Shown in pieces: positions 16,259 to 25,586 of a DNA stretch of 31,836 nucleotides. Position 1 is the first letter of the stretch. The number at the start of each line of letters is the position of its first letter. Both the position numbers and the translations under genes were made by a program. Below the pieces are notes generated by a model. That model was not told the DNA's origin and searched no databases. It worked only from the letters and a program-made list of their open reading frames with translations. The stretch is from Promethearchaeia archaeon. Its GTDB lineage: Archaea; Asgardarchaeota; Lokiarchaeia; Sigyniarchaeales; SOKP01. The stretch lies in the NCBI GenBank assembly GCA_029856125.1, contig JAHQWJ010000076.1, positions 1 to 31,836 on the forward strand. The letters run 5' to 3'.

Positions 16259-17923
16259 CTAATTTTTTTTATTCTTTTTAAGATTTGGAATAACTACATA
16301 AAGAGGCCACTTCTTCAGAATCCCTTTTGGAATTTCACCATCTTGAACCTTTTTCAGCATTTCAGAGCGAGGATAAAGGTAGGAGACAGGAGATTCTTTG
16401 GTCATTTTTATTTCTAAATACCCATCTCTTAAAGCTTCTTCTATTTTTAGAACATTGCTACAATCTGCCATTAATTTATTTAGATTTGACCCCTTTATTA
16501 ATTCTTTTTTATTATTTTGTTGTAGATATAATATCCAATGAGAATGGCGAGTATTTTCTGAGTTAATTAGGAGAAGAGAATCTAAATTATTATCTAATTT
16601 AGAACTTATACAGTTTTTAATTCTTTTGGGATCGATGATCTCCAAATTTTTGAATTTAAAGTAATCTCCTACAAGAACAATATGTTCCGAAGGGTATTTC
16701 ACGTCCTTTGAAAAATTTATTGGATATTTTAGGGTAAAACTAGATCTTAAAATTTTTCCATCGATTTGTGGCAATCCTTTATTAGATAATACAGTTATTA
16801 CATCTCCTAATTCTATGTTTATGAGGGGCTTATTACCGTCTAACCGTGAAATGCACAATTCTCCTCTATTTATTTTTGTTCTAGATATAAGTTCTTTTTG
16901 TCCTTCCTGCTTAAGTACAGACATAAATAAAGGAAAAATAACCATCTTTCGTTCTCGAGCTAATTTGAAACTTCCCATATTTAGGCTTGCTGCAACGGGT
17001 CCTGCTTCCGAAGCCACATAAAGATTTGTAAATTTCTCACTACCCTTTTGCCAATTCATGTATTTTCTTATCTGCGACCAGTCACCTTCTGAAAGGGAAC
17101 TGATGCTAAAAACTAAACAAGTATTTGCAAGTTTTTTAAATAACATACTTTGTATCTTTTTTGTGGCATCAGTTAACCCTTCTTGTTTTATTAACGATTC
17201 AAGTTTTTCATAAATTGGATTTATAATAGCAGGTTTCGTTTTTAATGAAGATTTTATACCCGTTTTAAATTTTTCTAAGTTTATCCAACCCAAAACTGTA
17301 GCCGCAGGTGCTGAAATGACTTTTATTTTTTCAATAGATAAAATTTTTGAAATAATTTCAAGGTTTTTAGAATTGCGATATTCATATAATAAATAGGATT
17401 TCGGATTAATCAAGGATAGCATTAATCTCTGAGAAAATTCTGAGGTATACATTTTGACGTATTTCTTCCCATTTTCATAATCGATACCATCAAAATCTAC
17501 TCGTGAGGGAACAAAAATAATCGCTGACGATATAGAATTTAAGCCGCTGGATTCAAATATTGCTTGCATTCCTGGTGCCCAATTTCTCTGAACAAAACCT
17601 TTTGACATATGAAACCATTTAAGAGCAGATTTCTTGTTACTCGTAGTTCCAGAAGAATGACAGAATATTGTAGGTTTTGAGCTAGAACTATTTTGAAGAA
17701 AATCATTAATATCAATAGAAAACTCCTTGGAATCAGTTTTTTTACGCTTGAGTTTATTGAAAATATCATCTACTCCTGACAGTTCTGCTAGCTTCAAACA
17801 AACTTCTTCATATTCTTTACTCGAGGAGATATTTAACCAACTTCTCCAATGATTTGAAGAAATATCTCCAAAAGTTTTATTAAAAATCTCCTGCAGGTTT
17901 GGGTCAAAATCGTATGAATTCAT
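16259..17923 (-). CDS. GH3/LuxE-like adenylate-forming (ANL superfamily) enzyme
   Basis: HSSGTTS..K P-loop, LYVASEAG, INIELGDVI. ATG 17923 lies 1 nt after the stop of the upstream small ORF (track start 17941). Confidence 0.7.
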   Translation of the reverse strand: MNSYDFDPNLQEIFNKTFGDISSNHWRSWLNISSSKEYEEVCLKLAELSGVDDIFNKLKRKKTDSKEFSIDINDFLQNSSSSKPTIFCHSSGTTSNKKSALKWFHMSKGFVQRNWAPGMQAIFESSGLNSISSAIIFVPSRVDFDGIDYENGKKYVKMYTSEFSQRLMLSLINPKSYLLYEYRNSKNLEIISKILSIEKIKVISAPAATVLGWINLEKFKTGIKSSLKTKPAIINPIYEKLESLIKQEGLTDATKKIQSMLFKKLANTCLVFSISSLSEGDWSQIRKYMNWQKGSEKFTNLYVASEAGPVAASLNMGSFKLARERKMVIFPLFMSVLKQEGQKELISRTKINRGELCISRLDGNKPLINIELGDVITVLSNKGLPQIDGKILRSSFTLKYPINFSKDVKYPSEHIVLVGDYFKFKNLEIIDPKRIKNCISSKLDNNLDSLLLINSENTRHSHWILYLQQNNKKELIKGSNLNKLMADCSNVLKIEEALRDGYLEIKMTKESPVSYLYPRSEMLKKVQDGEIPKGILKKWPLYVVIPNLKKNKKN

Positions 17924-17924
17924 A

Positions 17925-18119
17925 CTAGATAACTGGTTCAAACTTTTTTATCTTTTCGTATTGTATAAAGTTCTTCATATTTATTTTGTATCTCAATTCT
18001 TTTATAGTTGTATCACAATCATATTCAAGTTCTTTACACTGTTTCTTATAAAGTTCACAATCTCTGGCAGTTTCCCTGACGACTATTGATAAATCGTCTA
18101 AAACTTTGTTAAAACTCAC
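17925..18119 (-). CDS. Small hypothetical helical protein (64 aa)
   Basis: Stop abuts the ATG of the GH3-like gene (TAG-T-ATG), suggesting coupling; fills an otherwise empty gap. Confidence 0.6.
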   Translation of the reverse strand: MSFNKVLDDLSIVVRETARDCELYKKQCKELEYDCDTTIKELRYKINMKNFIQYEKIKKFEPVI

Positions 18120-18221
18120 TATAATACCTAATTTTTAATTAAATATAATGCTATTTCTTATGAACTTTTATAATGATGATTTTAACAATTTTGAATATGA
18201 ATAAGAATGAGTAATTAGAAA

Positions 18222-18929
18222 TCAATACCCTACATAGTTTTCAGTTTTGACTTTTCCTTCCGGTATATTGAGCACTGTTGTGAGAATAGTTTTAATTGAC
18301 TTAACCATAGTAGGTGGCCCAGAAATAAACCACATTCTATCTGTTAAGCCTGAAACTGACGAAGAAATAAATTCAGCGTTAATATATCCTTTTGGACCGT
18401 CCCAACCCTCTTCTGGATCAGAGAGAATGTGAAATATTTTAAAGTTATCTTCTGAAATGTGCTCTAACCCGTCTTTAAACGCTATATTATTAGAGTCTCT
18501 ATTGCCGTATAGCAATATTATATCGATGTTAGAATGAGAATCCAACACCCATTTTATATTTGATCTCGCCGCCGTAATTCCTATTCCTCCACAAACAAAT
18601 ACTATTTTTTTCATCTCTTCAGTTACAGTAAATTGCCCTGAAACTGTTGCTATCTTTATAGTCGTTCCAATTGTTAATTGATTTAACCTATTTTTGAACG
18701 GACTATTACGGATTCGAGTTGTAAATTCAATATAGGGTTCAGTAGGAGAACTGGAGAACGAAAAATGATGCATCATACTACCCTCGACTTCAGCGGGGAT
18801 ATATATAAAAAAGAACTGTCCGGGGAGATAGGAAAGACCTTCAGGGGGAGCAAATCTAAAACTCGTAATATCAGAGGTTCTTTCGATTTTATCTGTTAAA
18901 TTAACATTCCATTCTGGCATTTCAATCAA
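18222..18929 (-). CDS. FNR-like FAD/NAD(P)H oxidoreductase
   Basis: YLPGQF, HHFSFSSSP, VCGGIGITA, LLYGNR, FISGPPTMV, terminal ENYVGY. Confidence 0.9.
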   Translation of the reverse strand: MIEMPEWNVNLTDKIERTSDITSFRFAPPEGLSYLPGQFFFIYIPAEVEGSMMHHFSFSSSPTEPYIEFTTRIRNSPFKNRLNQLTIGTTIKIATVSGQFTVTEEMKKIVFVCGGIGITAARSNIKWVLDSHSNIDIILLYGNRDSNNIAFKDGLEHISEDNFKIFHILSDPEEGWDGPKGYINAEFISSSVSGLTDRMWFISGPPTMVKSIKTILTTVLNIPEGKVKTENYVGY

Positions 18930-19096
18930 GTAGTATTAATTTAATTTAAAAAATGCAGTCAAACTAATTATCATTAGTAGTTTGCCCGTCGAATTTAGTT
19001 ATATCTCTTCTGATTCATAAAGTAAATCTTTAAAATATCGATTAAGATTCAAATCTAAACATAAAAAAACGATAATCTATTTGAGATAACAAACAC

Positions 19097-19993
19097 GTGA
19101 AAATATCGAGGAAGTTGAACTTGAAGAAAAATAGGAGATATATTTTTGCTTTCATTTTTCTATTAGTCCTAATTATTTTGCTATTTTGGAATCAGTTTGA
19201 TAAAATTCTTTTCTTTCCAACAATTACACCTGAAGAATGGTGCACAAGTCAACCTTGCATAGAACTCGAATTCTTTTCGTTAAAGATAATGCTGGTTCAG
19301 CCCAGTTCCACTTTCTTTGTCTACTTACTTGGTTTTATAACTATAGCAATCGGGATACATCTAATAAGAAGCAAAAAGAATCAGAAATTTATATCTTGGT
19401 GGGGGATAGCACTGTTATTGTGGGGGATTGGAGCTATCCTAGCAGGAACCAGTTATCAAGCATTCGGCTACGAGATCAAATGTGCTGGGAGAGCATTTTG
19501 TGCCTGGACTAGCCTGTGGGAGATTTTTTACCTCATATTCTCAGTAGGAAGCGTGAATGCTATGTTGATGGCTCAAGCACATTTGGGTGAGAGAGATAAA
19601 TGGGGTAAAATAATGGCAGGATACGCACTTGCGAATTTTATAGCGTTTGTTGTCACCGTGGTAATCGGAGCTACGATACCTATTCAATTCATGATTTCGT
19701 TTGAAATGATGCTTTTGTTTTTAGCCCCTACTATTCTATTCTTATTAATTTTCAACATTCGGAAATATCTTGACCTTAAGAAGCGTATTAACCGCTCTCT
19801 CGTAATTATATGGATAGCTCTGATCCTTATAATAGGATTATACTTTCTGTATTTCATGTTGGATATTACCAATATCCTTTGGGAGCATGGGATTTGGTTC
19901 TCCGAGAACGACATACTCCATATCGGCTTGATACTATGGATGATCTACATCGGAATAGTTGCGAGTAGATTTGGAAAGAACATAAATAAATAA
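19097..19993 (+). CDS. Polytopic membrane protein (DUF6962/CREST-like)
   Basis: About 8 hydrophobic helices, QPSS near TM2, C-terminal ENDILH; family call tentative. Confidence 0.6.
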   Translation: MKISRKLNLKKNRRYIFAFIFLLVLIILLFWNQFDKILFFPTITPEEWCTSQPCIELEFFSLKIMLVQPSSTFFVYLLGFITIAIGIHLIRSKKNQKFISWWGIALLLWGIGAILAGTSYQAFGYEIKCAGRAFCAWTSLWEIFYLIFSVGSVNAMLMAQAHLGERDKWGKIMAGYALANFIAFVVTVVIGATIPIQFMISFEMMLLFLAPTILFLLIFNIRKYLDLKKRINRSLVIIWIALILIIGLYFLYFMLDITNILWEHGIWFSENDILHIGLILWMIYIGIVASRFGKNINK

Positions 19994-20026
19994 GAACCGT
20001 TCAATTTAGAAAGGGTGTATAAAAAA

Positions 20027-21241
20027 TCATGTTTTCTTAAGTGATCGAATGATTTTTTTATCTTTATTGATGAAGTAGTGCCACGTATTACGAGACATCA
20101 AACACATATCGTTCTGTCCAATATCCTTGAGAAGTTTCATCCTTAGCTTTCGTGCCTCGATATAATCAGGCTTTGCTTGAACTAAAACGTCCAATACTTC
20201 TAATGCAAGTTGTGTCTGCCCTTTACTAAAAAGTTCTTCGACTCGATAAATTATTTTCTCTGAATCTCCAATAAGTCCAAAAATTTCGTTCATTACTTCT
20301 TTTTCAGGTCGAGGAAGTAAATGAGCTGGATTGTGGTCAAAATATCCGTGATACCACCTGTACACGTTATATACGAAAAATTCAGGCCTTGAGTAAAAAG
20401 TTTTTAAATATGGACTCTTCTTGAGATGTTCTGGAATTTTAACTGCGTGGATCATTTCCGTGATGTGCATGTCTTGATTGATATATTCTACTACTTGATC
20501 GTGCATTGAACGTATGACTTCGATATTTGCGTCTAGTGCTGCAGTTGCTTTTTTCCCTTTAAAAAGGGTAGCGGCCCCGTTACAAAAAACATACTCCGGT
20601 TCAAGCGCTCTAACTCGCTCAAGCTCTTTAGCCCAATCTAGTGCGTATCTAGTGGGTTTCCAAGGGTTCCCAACGTTTGGAAATTGAGTTCCTATTATTA
20701 AATCTCCAATAAATACGGCTTTGAGCTCTGGAATGTGAACCCAACAGACGTCGTCTGTTTCCGCGCGTGCCGTATGGAGCTCGAAGGTTTTCCCTCCTAA
20801 GGTGAATGTCATGTCTCCTAAAAAAGTTTTGGTCGGTCGCACTATTTTTTTTACTGGTCTATCGTTTTCAGGGATATTAAATTGCATAGAGGAAATGCGA
20901 GCACGGTAAGGCGCTAACATATCGTACCTGTCGAGTCGATCGGGCAAGTATTTACTGGCAATCACCCCGGGATTATCTTTCATAAAAGCTTCAGTTCCGC
21001 CCACGTGATCGTAATGTCCATGAGTGTAGATGATGTATTTAATTTTTCCTTTAATTCGTTCCATCGCTTTTTTAGCCGCCCCTCGAGAGATTAATGTGTC
21101 GATTAAAACAACTCCGTCCATTGTATCAATCCACGCACACCCGGCGATTGGAAGATTTGCTGTATGAACACCCTCTAATGGCTCTTTAAAAATAGGATCC
21201 CTGATGTTCAGGATGTTTATTCCACCAATATTATCCTTCAT
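20027..21241 (-). CDS. Alkyl sulfatase-like MBL-fold hydrolase with dimerization domain
   Basis: THGHYDHVGG, AETDD, FIGD, YRWYHGYFDHNPAHLLP; lacks the C-terminal SCP2 domain. Confidence 0.88.
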   Translation of the reverse strand: MKDNIGGINILNIRDPIFKEPLEGVHTANLPIAGCAWIDTMDGVVLIDTLISRGAAKKAMERIKGKIKYIIYTHGHYDHVGGTEAFMKDNPGVIASKYLPDRLDRYDMLAPYRARISSMQFNIPENDRPVKKIVRPTKTFLGDMTFTLGGKTFELHTARAETDDVCWVHIPELKAVFIGDLIIGTQFPNVGNPWKPTRYALDWAKELERVRALEPEYVFCNGAATLFKGKKATAALDANIEVIRSMHDQVVEYINQDMHITEMIHAVKIPEHLKKSPYLKTFYSRPEFFVYNVYRWYHGYFDHNPAHLLPRPEKEVMNEIFGLIGDSEKIIYRVEELFSKGQTQLALEVLDVLVQAKPDYIEARKLRMKLLKDIGQNDMCLMSRNTWHYFINKDKKIIRSLKKT

Positions 21242-21269
21242 CTTTCATCCCTCTTTATATTATTTTAAC

Positions 21270-21425
21270 TTAATTTTTCTCTCTTTCAAAGACCAAGTAA
21301 AGAGAAGCAGCTAATTTTAATTCCCATCCTTCTTTTGCTTGATCATTTAGAATTTTTTCAAATTCTTTAGCGTGTTTTGTATTGGAATAAATATTTCCCA
21401 CAATTTCCACTTTATATTCTTTCAA
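21270..21425 (-). CDS. DUF4177-like small protein (51 aa)
   Basis: Not in ORF track. TTG start behind AGGTGA SD: MKEYKVEIVGNIYSNTKHAKEFEKILNDQAKEGWELKLAASLYLVFEREKN; pattern EYK...LN...EGWEL...FER. Confidence 0.85.
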   Translation of the reverse strand: MKEYKVEIVGNIYSNTKHAKEFEKILNDQAKEGWELKLAASLYLVFEREKN

Positions 21426-21464
21426 TTTTAGTATCACCTAACATTTAAGATGGTTTTTAATCTA

Positions 21465-21480
21465 ATTAGGAATTCTTAAT
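21465..21480. promoter_or_regulatory. Near-palindrome ATTAGGAATTCTTAAT, possible TTAGG-N4-CCTAA-type operator
   Basis: One mismatched pair; 40 bp upstream of the DUF4177-like start. Confidence 0.35.
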
Positions 21481-21577
21481 ATTTAACTGTTAAAAGATTA
21501 TATTGAATTCTGCTGAAATTTCCAGAGATGAAAAATAAAAATAAAAAATCTGTTTTTTTTTATTTATAGTTCCTAAA

Positions 21578-22507
21578 TCAAGCAAAACTTAATTCATAAA
21601 GCTTGTTGTTTGAGCTTAAGTCAGTTTTAACATCTTTTATAAAATCTCTAAAATCTTTTGTAATTCTATTCATTTCATTTTTAGCTGCTCTAGCATGCCC
21701 TGATAATGCAATCTTTCCGTAGGCAGAATTTAAGAGGTTTAGAAGTTTTCTTCTCAATATATATTTAGGAATCCAAGAAAGCGTCTTAAATTTTTTAGGG
21801 AGAATAGGAATATCGAGCTCTTTTAACGCTTTAATATTTTCTCGAATGCCAACTATTGAAAGGTTTAGTAATTCAATATCTCTTCCTAATGTTGTATTGT
21901 GTTTCTTTGCAGCATAACTCCCCATGGCTAATGGGCTTATAAAGGAAACATGTGTTTTTAACCACGCGTCAATATTGTCACTCAATTTTACTTCTATTCC
22001 TGAATTAGTAAGTATATCTTCTATTTTTTTTAAGCGATCGCTTATTTTGCCATCGAGTTCGCCCACATAAAAAGACATTTGGTCTAAATATGCGGTTATA
22101 ACTAATTGGTTCTCCCGATATCCTCCTACCCCTCCAAACCCTAGAAGTATTCGATCTTCATTCAAAATTTTCGAATATTCAGCTGCTCCCTCCATATTAT
22201 TCCCAACAAATATTATAGAGGGCACTTTTTGATTGTCTTTTAAAATAGGCAAGATATTTGTAATTTGCTGTCTTTGCATTATAACTAGGATTACATCATA
22301 GTTATCCTCAGGATTTAGTTTGTCCGTCACATCAATATCTATGTGAAAACTTTCGTGTTTTAAATCATCCCTCAGTTTAATTCCATTATTTTTTAAGTAT
22401 TCGAAACGTTCACCACGAGCTAAAATAGTGACATCATTCCCACCACTTTTTAATTTATACGCAAAAATACTACCTATTACTCCTGCGCCATATATTAATA
22501 TCTTAAT
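21578..22507 (-). CDS. Ketopantoate reductase (ApbA/PanE) family protein, non-canonical start
   Basis: Track ORF (22330) extends 59 codons upstream to IKILIYGAGVIGS...DVTILARG (Rossmann motif); WLK motif; 309 aa in total. Confidence 0.85.
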   Translation of the reverse strand: MKILIYGAGVIGSIFAYKLKSGGNDVTILARGERFEYLKNNGIKLRDDLKHESFHIDIDVTDKLNPEDNYDVILVIMQRQQITNILPILKDNQKVPSIIFVGNNMEGAAEYSKILNEDRILLGFGGVGGYRENQLVITAYLDQMSFYVGELDGKISDRLKKIEDILTNSGIEVKLSDNIDAWLKTHVSFISPLAMGSYAAKKHNTTLGRDIELLNLSIVGIRENIKALKELDIPILPKKFKTLSWIPKYILRRKLLNLLNSAYGKIALSGHARAAKNEMNRITKDFRDFIKDVKTDLSSNNKLYELSFA

Positions 22508-22557
22508 AAGTATTCACCTCTCGAATGAAATTTCTTTTTCCTCCTCTTAATACATTT

Positions 22558-23280
22558 TTATTTAATTCCATATAATACCCCCATAGTTTTCAATTCAGCT
22601 TTAAGCAATTTGGGTATTGATATTTCGTTAATAGTTTCAGTAAAATTAACTTGCTGAATACCCCATCCATTAATATGACTTATTAAATCCTCAAGTATTC
22701 CATATCTTCTGTTATTCTTAAAAGTGTCTTGGAAAGAAAAATTACCTCCCTTTTTCAAGACTCTTAATGATTCTTTTATAAGTTTTCTTTTATCTTTTGT
22801 GTCTCTAACTTCATGATATACAAAATTACTTACAATAGCATCAAACTCACCATCCTTAAAAGGTAAGTTTGAAGCACTTGCTTTCTGAAATATTAGTCGA
22901 TCTGCCACACCTTCAATTTTAGCGTTTTTTTCACACTGCAACTTAGAATAATTCCAGGTTTTTCCCCAATAATCAATTCCCCATACATCAGATTCAGGAA
23001 ATCTTTTGGCTAGCTGTATTGCTAAACCTCCTGCTCCTGTACCTACATCAAGAGCTTTTCCCTGCCCATTCCATGGCAATTTCTGTATGACTAAATCCCA
23101 AATCTTATATTGTATTTCATTGTTATTTGCTGAAAAGAAAAAATAAAGATACATCAGATAAGTGAAAGGTAGAACCCATATTCCGGCAATTACCCACAAT
23201 ACTATTTTTAGTAAAGGAACTATTGGGAACAAAGTCGGAATCAATAAAATCAAAAATATGAAAATAAAGAAATATATCAT
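22558..23280 (-). CDS. Class I SAM-dependent methyltransferase with two N-terminal TM helices
   Basis: ALDVGTGAG, GIDYW, LPFKDGEFD, RVLKKGG; true start may lie about 14-18 codons upstream. Confidence 0.9.
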   Translation of the reverse strand: MIYFFIFIFLILLIPTLFPIVPLLKIVLWVIAGIWVLPFTYLMYLYFFFSANNNEIQYKIWDLVIQKLPWNGQGKALDVGTGAGGLAIQLAKRFPESDVWGIDYWGKTWNYSKLQCEKNAKIEGVADRLIFQKASASNLPFKDGEFDAIVSNFVYHEVRDTKDKRKLIKESLRVLKKGGNFSFQDTFKNNRRYGILEDLISHINGWGIQQVNFTETINEISIPKLLKAELKTMGVLYGIK

Positions 23281-23376
23281 GTTTCTAGGGACCCAATTTC
23301 CATAATTTATTGGTTGTTTAACTTTTTATCACCATTGCGGTTTTTGAATATATATAATTTATTTTACTATTTAAAT

Positions 23377-23390
23377 TTAGGCATGCCTAA
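23377..23390. promoter_or_regulatory. Perfect 14-bp palindrome TTAGGCATGCCTAA (DtxR/MntR/SirR-like box)
   Basis: Perfect palindrome in an AT-rich intergenic region, flanked by further AAAT/TTTA symmetry. Confidence 0.6.
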
Positions 23391-23489
23391 TTTATTTTTG
23401 TAAATATCATATTATCAATAATCTAAGTATGAATAGATAGTATTATGGAGAGATTTAAGAGAATATAGATATTGTTATTCTTGTAAATA

Positions 23490-25361
23490 TCATTTACTCT
23501 CAATGAAATGTAAGTTTTCTATAATCTCCAGCTTTCTCAATTTTATACTATCAAAACTAATCTGCTGTTCAAAAAAGAAATCAAAAGGATCTTTAAGATC
23601 CTTCAGTAATTCTTTAGAATAGAGATGTTCGTAAAAGTAGCTACCCTTTTTAGTCAAGTTAACAAAACCTTCTTTTGAGAGTGATAAGAAGTTCTCGTTA
23701 ATTAAGTCATTTACAACCGGAACTACACCCTTTTCTTTAAATAAGTATAGACCAAAATAAGAAAACTCCGTGTAGACTTCTTCACCTTGTTTCAACGATT
23801 TTTGAAAATATTCTGATAATTGCTTAGGTGTGAATTCCAAATTCGAATTATCGTTGTACACCGAAAGTATCCACTTAGTAATGTATTCTCTAAAATTTAT
23901 TTCGTATTTCATTTGGAACTTTTCAAACTCAATTTCTTCTTCTTTTGAGGTAATTAAATCACGAATTATTTCGTACACTTCTTTAAATATAAGAAGACAT
24001 ACGAAGATTGCGATGATTGGATCAAAATAATGGAACAGCGTTATCCCTAGAGATGTTCCAAAACTCGATAAAAGAGCACCAATTATAATACTAATGGATA
24101 AAATGATATTTATTTTCGAGTCTATTGCACTTGCGATTAGTGAGGTGTTCCGATTTTTTTTTCCTACAAAATTTTTCAAAATTCGTAAATAAACGTTTAA
24201 AAATATAGATAGAATAGCGATTATCACGATATATATTACATTAGAAATAGGCTCAGGACCATAAAATAAAGATTGAACTGAATTTAGTAAAATCGAACCT
24301 CCTGTTAACGCCATTAAACTTATTATGATTATATTTACTAATTTTTCTTTATTAAATTTAATGCCAATTGCAATTAAAATTACTGCTATGCAATCAAGCA
24401 AATTTTCGAAACCTTCTGCGAATAACGACTCTGAATTGAAAAATCCAATTGTAATTTTGAGCAGGCTTAGAACAAGTAGCCCCAAAAACGACCTTATTAA
24501 CACGCTACTTTTGTTTAAAATTTTATTAAAATTCTTCATTTGGTTGTTTAGCATTTCATCCCACAGCTTACCCTGCTGTTTACCTACATCGTTAAGACAC
24601 ACATCAGTATTTTTAATATCTGCAAATCCTAGTGCACAAAGAGAATAAACGCTTGATTTAGCCACACTGTCATCAAAATAAACCTTTTCAATAAAGATGT
24701 TAAACATTCCACTAATTTTGTTTTTTAATTCTATAAAATTTAGGCGATTATTATCTGCTTTTCTTAAATAATATAACGCAGCATATTCTATTCGATTAAT
24801 TGGAAATAATTCAAACTTTCTTCTATGAAAAGCAACTGCAATTATTCTAATTAGCGAATTTATCGTTAATAAAATCATACAAATAAGAGAGACGTAAAAA
24901 ATAAAAGTAAATTCGATTAGTAAAATGCTTTGACTAAGAGTTTGAAGAAATATGAACAACAATATGTAAAAATAAATGAAGACCAAATAAAAACTAATTA
25001 ACCCCCGATAGATTTCTTTTACGTGGAATTGCTTGAAGATAATATTAAAACCACTTGTTAAATAATGTCCTACAAAAAAAAGCGACATAACTGTTAATGA
25101 AAAACTCCAAAGATAACTTCCTGTTATCATAAATTCGATTATTATCGATGTTGTAGAGATACAAAAATAAAGCAAAAGCACTTTTTTGGTGTCTAACTCC
25201 CAATTAAATTTATGTATAAGAATATGCGCAAAATTTAATGTCACCCCTATACTAACTAAGAAACTCCAATATATCGTTTTAAAAAATTGAAATTCTAACA
25301 TAAAGAGCGTAATTAATACAATACCTAAGCCTGCCCCAATTAAGAAATAGGTCCATTTCAT
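23490..25361 (-). CDS. Multidomain membrane protein: TM bundle + wHTH + CDF (cation efflux)-like domain + wHTH
   Basis: CDF-like SESLFAEGFENLLD, SLIASAIDSKIN, FDPIIAIFV; wHTH-like ends LCALGF...LNDVGK and LINENFL...LTKKG. Confidence 0.7.
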   Translation of the reverse strand: MKWTYFLIGAGLGIVLITLFMLEFQFFKTIYWSFLVSIGVTLNFAHILIHKFNWELDTKKVLLLYFCISTTSIIIEFMITGSYLWSFSLTVMSLFFVGHYLTSGFNIIFKQFHVKEIYRGLISFYLVFIYFYILLFIFLQTLSQSILLIEFTFIFYVSLICMILLTINSLIRIIAVAFHRRKFELFPINRIEYAALYYLRKADNNRLNFIELKNKISGMFNIFIEKVYFDDSVAKSSVYSLCALGFADIKNTDVCLNDVGKQQGKLWDEMLNNQMKNFNKILNKSSVLIRSFLGLLVLSLLKITIGFFNSESLFAEGFENLLDCIAVILIAIGIKFNKEKLVNIIIISLMALTGGSILLNSVQSLFYGPEPISNVIYIVIIAILSIFLNVYLRILKNFVGKKNRNTSLIASAIDSKINIILSISIIIGALLSSFGTSLGITLFHYFDPIIAIFVCLLIFKEVYEIIRDLITSKEEEIEFEKFQMKYEINFREYITKWILSVYNDNSNLEFTPKQLSEYFQKSLKQGEEVYTEFSYFGLYLFKEKGVVPVVNDLINENFLSLSKEGFVNLTKKGSYFYEHLYSKELLKDLKDPFDFFFEQQISFDSIKLRKLEIIENLHFIESK

Positions 25362-25586
25362 TCTTTAACATCACCAATTCAAACAAAACATCTTTATTTT
25401 ATCAGGTCACATGATTATTTCGGTTTTTATACAATATAAAATATGAGGAGTCCGTTTTTTATGAATTTGTTTAGAAATTTATTGTAAAAAGGATTGATAT
25501 TTTGAATAATTATTCTGAAAAAGTTAAAAATGATAACACATTAGCGACAATTAAGAAAGTAATATTATAATTTTGGTGAAATTAAT

